A stretch of DNA of 64,000 nt from the IMG/VR virus record IMGVR_UViG_3300010299_000003; one strand, written 5' to 3'. The position numbers were made by a program, and so were the translations under genes. This DNA is from an uncultured virus (IMG/VR IMGVR_UViG_3300010299_000003) (Duplodnaviria; Heunggongvirae; Uroviricota; Caudoviricetes). Positions within the stretch are counted from its first letter, which is position 1. Every line of letters starts with the position of its first letter. The notes beneath the pieces are model-generated. The model did no database searches and was not told the origin of the DNA. It was given only the letters and a program-made list of their open reading frames with translations. Below, in pieces: positions 18,434 through 27,601 of this stretch.

Positions 18434-19756
18434 TTAATCGATTCTTATGCGAGGATTTTTAATTTTATAGCATATTTTTTTATTATTTGTTTTATATGTC
18501 AAATATACATTAAAAGGATATGTTATAGGAGATTTGTTTGATCTAAAAAGTTTTCTACCATCTTTATATGAACCAATTTTTATATATCTATCTACAACAG
18601 TTTTTCCATAAACTATTTTTACTAAATTAGCATCATTTGGTAATATTAAAACACCACCTCTTTCTCTAAATTCAGATTGTTTTAGTAATCTACCTTTTTT
18701 ATAACCATCTTCAAAATTTGAATATACTTTATCACAAGATTTTTCTGGTAATAATTCTTCTTCTGTATATTCATGCACACTCGGATGAATTTTCCCTTTT
18801 TTATGCATAAATACTATATCTTTCATAATTGTTCTATATTTTTTTAATGATACATTATGATTTCTATTTCTCGGATCAACAAATCTTTTAGATTTATAAT
18901 CTAATCCATTTGACTCAGCAGTCCATACAAATGCTATTTCACAAACATTTGCATATTTTTCTAAAAGTTGCCTAAGAGGTCTACCACTTTCAACCCAATT
19001 TTTACTTTGATCATCGGTATGCTCAGGCTCTCCAAGAGCAGGTCTATTTGGATAAGAAACATCTGTTCCATCTAAATTGTAAATACATGGTGCATTAATT
19101 TTAGGATTTAAATTGTGTCCCTCTAATAAATCAGCATTTGTAGCACTTCTTTTTTTGGGATGTGGTATAAAAGGATTCCACACTATTCTAGCAGTAGGAA
19201 ACAATTCTCTTGTATATGATACTAAAATTTTTCCAGCTTTATTAGTTAAATTACTTTCCAGTCCTGGATTGATAATAAGATCAGTATGAGATTGTAAATT
19301 ATTTTCCAAAAAAACTCTTAATCTGTTTGTATATTTTACATATTTTGCTTTTAATTTAGGATCAGATCTTCTTAGTAAAGAATCATATCTTTGTACACTA
19401 CCGACATTTTTTAAAAATTCATAATCACCAAGTCTATTATTTCTATGTCCAGGCTCATTAATCAAATGAATTTGTAAAGTTTTGAGTCTTTCATCTTTTA
19501 GTAATTTTTTTAAGCAAGAAAAATCATTACCAAAAGTATTATACAAAAAAGATATGTGTATTTCATTTAATGGAGCCAAAGATTTTCTAAATGCTCTACA
19601 ATTAAATTTTGGCGAAGTTAAGTTAAATGGTGCATATCCAATATTAGATAATCCTTGAGTTTCAGAATTAGAAAATAAAAAAGAATAGTCTGTACTATTT
19701 GACGCAAAAATGGCAATTAATATAGCTAAAATTGTTGATGTAATATATTTTATCAT
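18434..19756 (-). CDS. Hypothetical exported protein, possibly glycoside-hydrolase-like barrel
   Basis: Signal/TM N-terminus, HLINEP motif, alternating beta/alpha pattern. Confidence 0.55.
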   Translation of the reverse strand: MIKYITSTILAILIAIFASNSTDYSFLFSNSETQGLSNIGYAPFNLTSPKFNCRAFRKSLAPLNEIHISFLYNTFGNDFSCLKKLLKDERLKTLQIHLINEPGHRNNRLGDYEFLKNVGSVQRYDSLLRRSDPKLKAKYVKYTNRLRVFLENNLQSHTDLIINPGLESNLTNKAGKILVSYTRELFPTARIVWNPFIPHPKKRSATNADLLEGHNLNPKINAPCIYNLDGTDVSYPNRPALGEPEHTDDQSKNWVESGRPLRQLLEKYANVCEIAFVWTAESNGLDYKSKRFVDPRNRNHNVSLKKYRTIMKDIVFMHKKGKIHPSVHEYTEEELLPEKSCDKVYSNFEDGYKKGRLLKQSEFRERGGVLILPNDANLVKIVYGKTVVDRYIKIGSYKDGRKLFRSNKSPITYPFNVYLTYKTNNKKICYKIKNPRIRID

Positions 19757-19775
19757 AATGATATATATAAAAAAT

Positions 19776-20039
19776 TTAATATAATTTTAGTATTATTTTT
19801 TCATCATTTTTCATGGTACTAAACAATTTCAAAATCTCTTTTTTATCTGGCAATTTAAAATAATCTTCCGATTCATAAACATTATTTTTAAGCATTTGAA
19901 ATAGTGTAGAATATTTGTTTTTAGAAAAACTTTGACCATCAACTTCAACAAAATTTTCTGGTAATTCTACATCGCATTTAACCAAAATCATATACCCCAC
20001 TGGTAATTGTAATAAAAAATCTTCTAGCATTTTTTCCAT
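19776..20039 (-). CDS. Stand-alone phage tail-collar-like domain protein
   Basis: PVG.MI...LPENFVEVDGQSFSKNKYSTLF...FKLPD matches the tail collar pattern. Confidence 0.7.
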   Translation of the reverse strand: MEKMLEDFLLQLPVGYMILVKCDVELPENFVEVDGQSFSKNKYSTLFQMLKNNVYESEDYFKLPDKKEILKLFSTMKNDEKIILKLY

Positions 20040-21037
20040 TGTGAAAATTCCAGTTGTGCTTTTAATCCAGTAAAAGTTCTATCATGAATTATAGATAATA
20101 TTTCTTCTTTTGTTTTGCCATTCAATATCATATCATTTATATCTTTTTCTTTCATATCTTTTGGCCAAATACAAACATTATTTCCATTATCTATTGCAGA
20201 TTTAATTAAATTTACAATTTCTCTATTTCTTGGCTCATTGTCATATATCAATACCAAGTTTTGCAAATTTAACTTATGAGAAACAGAAACCAAATCTGAG
20301 TTTGCTGGAGATATACAATTAGGAATGAATAAGCTATCTATTGGGCCCTCAACTACATAACCAGTTTTATTTCTATCAAAACAGTCTAAACCATATATCA
20401 AATCAATATCTTTATTTGCTCTTATTGTTATATATCTAAGTTTTTTATCAGCCCCGAATGATCTGCCCTGCATTCCTATAATTTTTTTATCTGAACTAAA
20501 AAATGGTATTACGAGTCTTGGATCATTTTTTTGCAAATTTTCATACATGTTAGGAAAAACATCGTCTACTAATTCTGAAAAATCTTCTGTGAAAAAAATT
20601 CTATTAAACACACTTCTTGGTATTTTTCTAGAAATTGCATATTTTTTTGCATAATGATTATCATCTAACTCAGACAATTTTTTTGCATAAGATGTTTTAA
20701 ATTCACATAGCTGTATTTTTTTTACCACATCTAATTTCTCTATGGTATCTTTTTTTATTTCTGTATTAGATTTATATTTTTCTAAAACATATTGATCATA
20801 TTGTGCAGGAAAACACTCTTTTAAGAAATTACCAATACTAAGTCCAGCACCACAATTATGACACTTATAAAACATTGAAGAGTTTTTTTGATAGAAATAA
20901 CCTCTAGCTTTTGCTTTTTTCTTTTCACTATCACCACATAAAGGACAAGAGCAATTATATAAATTATCTTTTTTCTTCTTGAAATTTCTTAAATAAAATC
21001 CAACTGTAGTGATATACTTTGTATCAATGAATAGCAT
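20024..21037 (-). CDS. gp61: DNA primase gp61
   Basis: CPLCGDS..RGY..CHNCG zinc finger, RLVIPF, VEGPIDSLF, YDNEPRN, KDINDM. Confidence 0.96.
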   Translation of the reverse strand: MLFIDTKYITTVGFYLRNFKKKKDNLYNCSCPLCGDSEKKKAKARGYFYQKNSSMFYKCHNCGAGLSIGNFLKECFPAQYDQYVLEKYKSNTEIKKDTIEKLDVVKKIQLCEFKTSYAKKLSELDDNHYAKKYAISRKIPRSVFNRIFFTEDFSELVDDVFPNMYENLQKNDPRLVIPFFSSDKKIIGMQGRSFGADKKLRYITIRANKDIDLIYGLDCFDRNKTGYVVEGPIDSLFIPNCISPANSDLVSVSHKLNLQNLVLIYDNEPRNREIVNLIKSAIDNGNNVCIWPKDMKEKDINDMILNGKTKEEILSIIHDRTFTGLKAQLEFSQWKKC

Positions 21038-21056
21038 ATCTTATTATAAACAACTT

Positions 21057-21314
21057 TTACTTGCTTTGTAAAGATTCTTTTATACTTTTCAATTCAGATT
21101 CTAATAGTGCTATAGAAGATTTTAAATTGTCTAATTCAACTATTAGATTATGCGGTAAAAGCCTTTTCTTTTTACTTAATTCTACATTTGTCACTTTAGA
21201 CATTAAAGAATCATCTTTAGATTTTACATCTTTTTGTTTACTACTTTGAGTCTTTGTAGCTTTTGTTTTGCTCTTGGTGGTCTTTTTACTATCTTTCTTC
21301 TTTTTCTCCGCCAT
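21057..21314 (-). CDS. Small basic/coiled-coil hypothetical protein
   Basis: GAGG SD before MAEKKKK; Lys/Thr/Ser-rich N-terminus. Confidence 0.6.
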   Translation of the reverse strand: MAEKKKKDSKKTTKSKTKATKTQSSKQKDVKSKDDSLMSKVTNVELSKKKRLLPHNLIVELDNLKSSIALLESELKSIKESLQSK

Positions 21315-21642
21315 CATTTTCCTCATAATACTTTTTATATAATTCAATTATCTTTTTTTGGTTTTTTATCAATGCTTTGATTCTTTTCATATTCAATGCA
21401 AGATTTTTATAGTTAGATTCAGTTAATGCGAAGATAACAATATCTTTACCATTTTTATTCGAGTCTTTAAAAAAAGATTCGACATTATCTTCATGTAAAA
21501 CTTTAAATTCAACTTTATCCAATTTTATTGCAGTTGCTTCTGGTAAATCTAAATTAGGTCTACTAGTAACTATTGGGGATTTTAAAGTTCTGGTACAAGA
21601 ACATAATAATAAAATTAAGCATATTAAAAAACTTTTTTTCAT
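21289..21642 (-). CDS. Putative o-spanin lipoprotein
   Basis: MKKSFLICLILLLCSC lipobox, Pro-rich stretch, ALT..YKNLALNM..YY C-terminus; follows the i-spanin. Confidence 0.75.
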   Translation of the reverse strand: MKKSFLICLILLLCSCTRTLKSPIVTSRPNLDLPEATAIKLDKVEFKVLHEDNVESFFKDSNKNGKDIVIFALTESNYKNLALNMKRIKALIKNQKKIIELYKKYYEENDGGEKEER

Positions 21643-21643
21643 A

Positions 21644-22078
21644 TTAACAATCTCCACCAGAAGATAGCAACTCAAAACACTTAATAACATTTTCGGTTGC
21701 AACATTTACTTTAGACTCTATTAATGATGTCTTTTTTCTTGCAATTTCTTCTAAAGTTTTCTTACCTCTATCTTTTCTAGATAAAACTTTTTGCAAATCA
21801 TCAATTTCTTTTCTGGCACTATGAATTTCTTCAACCAATTCATCACGAGACTTTATTATTTTTTTATAATTATTTTTTAAGTCATTCATAAGAATTTCTT
21901 GTTGAGCTAGTCTATGCTCCAACAGAGTTTTTCTCTCTTTAAGATCTTTTATTCTAGCAGAAGAATAATGATAGTATGTAAAAAATGATAACAATACTAC
22001 CATCAATGTAGATAATAGTACAATACTTTTATTTTTCCAGAGTGTTTTAAGTGTTAATAATATAGCAGTCAAATTCAT
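21644..22078 (-). CDS. Putative i-spanin
   Basis: N-terminal TM helix plus long coiled coil ending in Cys residues. Confidence 0.7.
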   Translation of the reverse strand: MNLTAILLTLKTLWKNKSIVLLSTLMVVLLSFFTYYHYSSARIKDLKERKTLLEHRLAQQEILMNDLKNNYKKIIKSRDELVEEIHSARKEIDDLQKVLSRKDRGKKTLEEIARKKTSLIESKVNVATENVIKCFELLSSGGDC

Positions 22079-22084
22079 AAAATA

Positions 22085-22474
22085 TCAAATTCTTTTAATC
22101 ATCCATTTACCATCATGTATTATACTATATATATTTTTTATTTCAATTAATTTATACACTGTTGCATGAATAGTTTCTATATTATCATCATCTAATATAT
22201 AACACTTTGTTTTTATTGGTTCAGTTAATCCACTTTTTGCACCAATAAAATATTCAAGCTCATCTATTTGATTGGTATTATCTGTTGTCCATATTTGACC
22301 ATGAACTTTTGTAATTCCTATTGGTGTATATCCAGCATCGTTACCAATATCCCAAAGAGTTCCATCTATAAAACTTTGATGTTCCCATGTCAAAACATCA
22401 AATCCAGGAAATGGACTATCTTGTAGTAAAAAAGTATTTACTTTTAAATTGTTAAAAATAAAAAATGCTTTCAT
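22085..22474 (-). CDS. Divergent gamma-glutamylcyclotransferase-fold protein
   Basis: GTLWDIG..G..KVHGQIW..IDELE..ATVY..IHDGKW. The canonical YGTL loop reads FNNL. Confidence 0.6.
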   Translation of the reverse strand: MKAFFIFNNLKVNTFLLQDSPFPGFDVLTWEHQSFIDGTLWDIGNDAGYTPIGITKVHGQIWTTDNTNQIDELEYFIGAKSGLTEPIKTKCYILDDDNIETIHATVYKLIEIKNIYSIIHDGKWMIKRI

Positions 22475-22486
22475 TAGCTCTATAAG

Positions 22487-22825
22487 TTAATTCCAAGTAT
22501 TTTTATCGGGTATAGAAGACACTCCATTATTAAATTCTTGAATAAGATCATAAGCATCATTTTTAATCATATCAGCCATAGCTTTAATCTTGTTTGAAAG
22601 AAGTGCGGCTTCTTCGTAATTTTGATCTTTAATAAAAGGTTCCATCTCATCAATATATTCATACTGTTTATTAAGAATTAAATAATACTCATCTAATCTC
22701 TTTACGGCATAATGTTCTTTTCCGTATTTTGTAAGAAGACCCTCTTTTGCAACGTCTATAGATTGTTTTAGATCGTCACAAGAACTAATTAAGAGTTTTC
22801 TAATATTATTAAAATCATTAATCAT
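22487..22825 (-). CDS. Hypothetical helical-bundle protein
   Basis: 112 aa, coupled to the upstream ORF. Confidence 0.65.
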   Translation of the reverse strand: MINDFNNIRKLLISSCDDLKQSIDVAKEGLLTKYGKEHYAVKRLDEYYLILNKQYEYIDEMEPFIKDQNYEEAALLSNKIKAMADMIKNDAYDLIQEFNNGVSSIPDKNTWN

Positions 22826-23124
22826 TATTGCACCATTTTATTCGATTTGCCAAAAATTATTACAGAACAGTCTCCTATAATTTTATCTTTGTTATTCAAA
22901 ATTTTTGTCATAAAAATGCCTGGCTCAAAAACCCGACTTTTTAGTAATTCAACGGTACATGAATCTGTTAATTTAACATTTAGTGTAATATTATCATTAA
23001 TTTGTAATATAATGTCATCAGATGAACTATCTAATATATTAGAAATATATCCATAAATAGGATATACTTTTCCCACCTCAACATCGACATTTTTAAATTC
23101 AAAATTTAATTCAGTATTTTCCAT
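22825..23124 (-). CDS. Hypothetical beta-rich (OB-fold-like) protein
   Basis: 99 aa with AGGT SD. Confidence 0.65.
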   Translation of the reverse strand: MENTELNFEFKNVDVEVGKVYPIYGYISNILDSSSDDIILQINDNITLNVKLTDSCTVELLKSRVFEPGIFMTKILNNKDKIIGDCSVIIFGKSNKMVQ

Positions 23125-23181
23125 AATTTATACCTATATTAATGTTTATAATATAAGTATATCAAATTATGCAATTAGAAA

Positions 23182-23379
23182 TCAAGAAGTATTTTTATCT
23201 TTTTTCTGTCTTCTTACAAATTTCATAACAGATTTTGGATGTATAGGTTCTGTTAATCCCGCAACTCCAGAAACTGAATTGGCAGGAACCTCTTCTTCTA
23301 CAGAATCTTTTTCATCTTCTTTTTTTTCAACATTTGCTATAATTTCAGCTTCTTCTAAAATTTCAGATAATTTTCTCAT
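23182..23379 (-). CDS. Small protein with capsid-targeting-like N-terminus
   Basis: Start reassigned to MRKLSEILEEA (ATGA overlap); EEVPANSVSG.AGL motif. Confidence 0.65.
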   Translation of the reverse strand: MRKLSEILEEAEIIANVEKKEDEKDSVEEEVPANSVSGVAGLTEPIHPKSVMKFVRRQKKDKNTS

Positions 23380-23792
23380 ATTTTTCTCAAGATATTTACT
23401 GCATGATGATCTAATGGTATATCTGATGTTATTATATCGCAATTATCCAAGAATGTCAGTTTTTCTGGCATATAATTTAAATATACCAAAAATGTTTTTA
23501 ACGTAGACCAATGATCACTATCAATTTTAAAAAAAAGTAAGTTGGTTGCAACCTCTACAGGAAAAACATTATATAATATTATTAAATGATTTAATATCAA
23601 CCTTTCTTTTAATTCATTATCATTTTGATACCTAACCAACAACCTTTTAATATAATTGATTCTTTTCAAATCATCATTAAATTCATCAACATCTACACAC
23701 TGAATATTGTCATAATGTTTCATCGCATACATTACAATATTTTTTTCAGTTAGTCTTATAGTCATAAGATTATTTTCAGTCAAATCAAACAT
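23376..23792 (-). CDS. Conserved T4-like hypothetical protein
   Basis: YAMKHYDN..EFNDDLKR..YIKRL..LKERLILNHLIILYNVF..LKTFLVYLN. Confidence 0.8.
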   Translation of the reverse strand: MFDLTENNLMTIRLTEKNIVMYAMKHYDNIQCVDVDEFNDDLKRINYIKRLLVRYQNDNELKERLILNHLIILYNVFPVEVATNLLFFKIDSDHWSTLKTFLVYLNYMPEKLTFLDNCDIITSDIPLDHHAVNILRKI

Positions 23793-23809
23793 ACTAATAA
23801 TTAATATAA

Positions 23810-24115
23810 TTATGGTTGGTCTAGACCAGCATCAGTTTCAATAGTATCACTTTCATCAGCAACGCCAGCAGGTGCATCAGCAATAGCAATTAAGAGTTCC
23901 ATTCTTATTCTTTCTTGTGGTGTTCCAGCATTAGTTGTCAATACCAGATACCATCCAGCTCCGCAAGCACCCTTATCTACGTTTTGTGCGGCTTCTGCTT
24001 CGTCAAGAAATACTAACTTTTTTCCAGATGCATCTTGTGCTATGACTCCATTACCATCAACTTCAATAAACTTAGGTCTATTAGCAACGGTGTCAGTTTT
24101 ACCCCATAGTGCCAT
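23810..24115 (-). CDS. Putative virion protein (MALWG N-terminus)
   Basis: Strong AAGGAG SD; MALWG..D and AGW motifs. Confidence 0.7.
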   Translation of the reverse strand: MALWGKTDTVANRPKFIEVDGNGVIAQDASGKKLVFLDEAEAAQNVDKGACGAGWYLVLTTNAGTPQERIRMELLIAIADAPAGVADESDTIETDAGLDQP

Positions 24116-24150
24116 TTTTTATCTCCTTAAAATAATAAGTTTATTATTAT

Positions 24151-24705
24151 TTATGTAAATCCTAATCTTTTTAGTTTATTAATGACATCAGAAGCAGATG
24201 TAACTCTTATTGCAATACCACCAGATGATTCAAATTCTTTACAATTTTTTATATAATCATCTATAAGTATATTTGATGATCCAGATTTATCTTGTGCATA
24301 TAATTTCTTTTGATCTCTTCTAACTAAGTGAATATTTGATAGATTTTTTAATCCAATCTTTTTATTTAACCAATTCATCTTACCCTTTTTACAGGTTTTA
24401 GCTTCAGATCCACATGCGCTCAATATGCTGGGTTTATATTTTCTAACAAATTTCCATATTTTTATTCCATCAGCAGTGAATTGTAGATTTTCCCAAAAAT
24501 TTTTGGTATTGTTTAAAATTTTCCATTTTTCTTGATCTGCATTTGGAACTTTATCCCAATACTTATCGTTCCAATTTGGCTTTCCTGCTAGATTTAATGC
24601 TGTATTAGCACCAGACATCCAATCTACTAATGTCTCGTCCATATCTAAGTAAATATGAGGGAGGTTACTAACGTCCTCCTTCAAATATTCCTTAAACTTT
24701 TTCAT
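24151..24705 (-). CDS. HAD-family 5'(3')-deoxyribonucleotidase (NT5C-like) with capsid-targeting-like peptide
   Basis: YLDMDETLVD, FWENL, ILSA, GKMNW, ILIDDY; N-terminus MKKFKEYLKE. Confidence 0.85.
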   Translation of the reverse strand: MKKFKEYLKEDVSNLPHIYLDMDETLVDWMSGANTALNLAGKPNWNDKYWDKVPNADQEKWKILNNTKNFWENLQFTADGIKIWKFVRKYKPSILSACGSEAKTCKKGKMNWLNKKIGLKNLSNIHLVRRDQKKLYAQDKSGSSNILIDDYIKNCKEFESSGGIAIRVTSASDVINKLKRLGFT

Positions 24706-25815
24706 TTATGCATCACCAGATATTGAAGGATCTTCAGAAGGAATGTCTAAAGCATTAGTTAGAGCATCTTCAACTTCTTGACCATACCATGACATTCCAC
24801 TAACAAGTTCTCTAAGCTCTTCAATACTAGAAGCTCCAGGCAAAGATGGCGGAGGTACTATTTTCGGTATATCATTCACATTGAATTGAACAAAAAGTCT
24901 ATATTGAAGTTCATCTTTATTATGATGTCTATCTTTTAGCACATCAACATGAACTGGCATTTGTTTTTCAGGATCTGTAACACCCACCGCACCATTTGTT
25001 GCAATATCTTCAGGTTCTGTTTCTATACCCTCTTTTAAAGCATTTTTGTGAAATTTGGATAATTTAATTACAATAGGATTCTTATACCTATTACTTTTTG
25101 TAGAAACTATTTTTTTATTAATTATAACAGATGAATCAATATCTATATTATAAAGTTTATTAATAGTTAATAAATTGGCATGACTCAAAAAAAGTTTTTC
25201 TTTAGCATCTTCAACAGTTACTAAAGGATTTTCGTTAGATGATTCAATATTGGTATTGAATTTAATAGTCTGTAATGCTTCTTGAACATTAGAAGTTCCT
25301 CTTGCTTTTTTAACAGCCGCGGCTGCCATATCAATTATTTCATCTTTAGATTTACCTTTAAATTGAGGTGCGTCACTTTTTAGAAAATCATCTATTGCTC
25401 TTTTAATTGCTTCTTCTTCCGTTCCAGAAGTTAAATCTAACACTTCGTTTATTGATTCATTTTTAGCTTTTACTTTAACTTCTACTTTATTGAAAAGTTC
25501 TTTCTTCTCTTCTGGGGATAATTCACCTAAAGATTTTCCCATTTTTTCAAGTTCAGCTTTTACCACATCATCAGCAGATAATTCTTCTTTCATCTTATCA
25601 CATCCACAACAAGATGCTTCTTGAAGTTGTAGTTGAATCCAAGAATGTAGAGATTTTTGTTCATCTTCCGATAGTTCAGAAATTGATGAGACTTTAAATT
25701 TTTTAAGACCTTCTGATAAAGTTTTATCATAAAGTTTTGAAGAATCTTTATTATGAGCATCAATGACAGAATTAACTGCATCTATTAATGACTTTGATAA
25801 ATCTAAAATTGACAT
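24706..25815 (-). CDS. Putative internal head polyprotein
   Basis: Acidic, modular protein with the DFLKSDAPQFKGKS..MA module and several L/I/V-x-E candidate gp21 sites. Confidence 0.6.
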   Translation of the reverse strand: MSILDLSKSLIDAVNSVIDAHNKDSSKLYDKTLSEGLKKFKVSSISELSEDEQKSLHSWIQLQLQEASCCGCDKMKEELSADDVVKAELEKMGKSLGELSPEEKKELFNKVEVKVKAKNESINEVLDLTSGTEEEAIKRAIDDFLKSDAPQFKGKSKDEIIDMAAAAVKKARGTSNVQEALQTIKFNTNIESSNENPLVTVEDAKEKLFLSHANLLTINKLYNIDIDSSVIINKKIVSTKSNRYKNPIVIKLSKFHKNALKEGIETEPEDIATNGAVGVTDPEKQMPVHVDVLKDRHHNKDELQYRLFVQFNVNDIPKIVPPPSLPGASSIEELRELVSGMSWYGQEVEDALTNALDIPSEDPSISGDA

Positions 25816-25827
25816 AACTACCTCTAA

Positions 25828-26700
25828 TTACTTATTAAAATCTTTAAAACTAATTAATTTTCTTGTTGATACCACTTCAAAGAATGTTTTTTCTTCACTA
25901 CTATTTAGTTTATCTAAATTGAACGTAGTTTCACACCAAATAGCTCTATAATGCATAGTATTTTCAGATGGAACTAATACTATTTGACCTGTAGTTCTCA
26001 TAGAATTTCTTTTAGTATCTATTCTTAAAGGATTCATTTGTGGATTATCATCTGATGTGTCAGATACAGCTTCTAATATTTCATCAAAAGTTTTTGCAGA
26101 TTTTAATTTGTCTACAACTTTTTTATATCTAGCTTCGGAACTTTTTCTACTATCAGCTTGCTCTGGAATATCTGCATTGTATCCAGTCCAAGGCAATAAT
26201 ATTCCGTGATTTGTTCTGACTGCAATTCTGTCTTTTGGAACTTCTACTACTTTATGTGTATATTCTTGAGTATCTAAAAATGCACCCTCTAAAAGAAAAC
26301 ATCTATCTTTATCTGCTACTATTGTATTGCCTGGAATTTGAAGCTCTATTAATTTTTTTACCGCATCTACTGCATTTTTTTCAAATAATGCAGTTCTTAT
26401 TCTAAACCCATCTGGTGAATAATAAATTCCTTTTTGTATTTCTATCTTTTTTTTATTTCTTTTTATTGCTACAGAACCTTCTGCTTCATCTTCTTTTACA
26501 GTAACACTTGCACTGATTATAGCAACCCCAAATTCATTTACTCCTTCTGTATATTTTGTATTATTATCCCAAAGATATAATCTTTCTATATCTCTTCTAA
26601 AAGATTTTCTAATAATAACATTTGGTTTATAATTTCTATCTCGATTTTTAGTTAAAACCCAACCAATGTTATCCAAATATTTACAACAAACTACACACAT
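25828..26700 (-). CDS. N-terminal nucleophile (Ntn) cysteine hydrolase
   Basis: M-C start, KNRDR, EGVNEFGV, RTNH, SSEARY, RTTGQ. Confidence 0.8.
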   Translation of the reverse strand: MCVVCCKYLDNIGWVLTKNRDRNYKPNVIIRKSFRRDIERLYLWDNNTKYTEGVNEFGVAIISASVTVKEDEAEGSVAIKRNKKKIEIQKGIYYSPDGFRIRTALFEKNAVDAVKKLIELQIPGNTIVADKDRCFLLEGAFLDTQEYTHKVVEVPKDRIAVRTNHGILLPWTGYNADIPEQADSRKSSEARYKKVVDKLKSAKTFDEILEAVSDTSDDNPQMNPLRIDTKRNSMRTTGQIVLVPSENTMHYRAIWCETTFNLDKLNSSEEKTFFEVVSTRKLISFKDFNK

Positions 26701-26889
26701 TTAAGACCTTACCTTTTTATAATCAGTTTTATAGAATCCACTTCCATTAAATTGTGGATCACTAGTAACTGACATAAGTTTAGATACGTCTTTATTACAG
26801 TTTGGACATTTTTGTAGAGGTTCATCAGATATTTTCTGAAGAACCTCTATTTTCCCACAATTTTCGCAAGAATATTCATATAATGGCAT
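26701..26889 (-). CDS. FmdB-family zinc-ribbon protein
   Basis: MPLYEYSCENCG..CPNC..FNGSGFYKTDY. Confidence 0.9.
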   Translation of the reverse strand: MPLYEYSCENCGKIEVLQKISDEPLQKCPNCNKDVSKLMSVTSDPQFNGSGFYKTDYKKVRS

Positions 26890-26903
26890 AAAAATATGCT
26901 TTA

Positions 26904-26911
26904 TATTTATA
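26904..26911 (-). promoter_or_regulatory. Late promoter TATAAATA
   Basis: Exact consensus, intergenic. Confidence 0.6.
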
Positions 26912-26921
26912 TTTTACAAAA

Positions 26922-27317
26922 TTATTGCGTCACAACAGTTTCAACAGAAGCCGATTCTGTTTCAGAATCTGATGTCGTATCTGATGTGGCAGTTTTGGTA
27001 GTTGTAGTAGTGGTGGTAGTAGAGCCAGCAGAAGATGTTGTAGTAACAGTATCACTTGTGCTTTTTGCAATCAATGAATTTGCAACAACGGCAATAGTAT
27101 CCAAAACCTGACCCCAACTATTACTTAAACTTCCAGGCACTCTATCAAAATCTGATAGAAATTGATGAACATTTCTTAATGCTTGAATTTCTTGAGTTGT
27201 ACTTAATACTTGAGCAGTAACATCAGTTTCAGTAGAAACATCGGCAGAAATAGTAGTATCTGTAGTATTGGATGTATCTGTCTCTGCGTTTGTAGTTTCG
27301 TTTGATAATGTAGTCAT
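26922..27317 (-). CDS. Thr/Ser-rich low-complexity protein with a small helical core
   Basis: GGAG SD; T/S-rich ends. Confidence 0.65.
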   Translation of the reverse strand: MTTLSNETTNAETDTSNTTDTTISADVSTETDVTAQVLSTTQEIQALRNVHQFLSDFDRVPGSLSNSWGQVLDTIAVVANSLIAKSTSDTVTTTSSAGSTTTTTTTTKTATSDTTSDSETESASVETVVTQ

Positions 27318-27394
27318 TTTATATCTCCATATTTAATATATTAAATTAAAAGCAATTATATTATAGTAATAGATATTTATCAATATTTTTTTTA

Positions 27395-27601
27395 TTAGTC
27401 TGTTGACTTTTTTATCAGCTTTTCTTTTTCTTTTTGTCTAACTTCATTTTGTTTATTTTCAAAATCTTGCTCTTTTGCCCTTTCTAATTCACGAGAATGC
27501 TTTATTGATAATTGTTCTTTTTCTCTTTCTTGTTTTTCTTTTACTCTATCTGTTACCGTAGGAACATCAGCTTCTTGTAGTATATCATTTAATGTTTTCA
27601 T
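27395..27601 (-). CDS. Nested in-frame ORF (68 aa) with its own SD
   Basis: AAAAAGGAGAGTAAT-ATG, MKTLNDILQEAD..., charged coiled coil. Confidence 0.55.
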   Translation of the reverse strand: MKTLNDILQEADVPTVTDRVKEKQEREKEQLSIKHSRELERAKEQDFENKQNEVRQKEKEKLIKKSTD

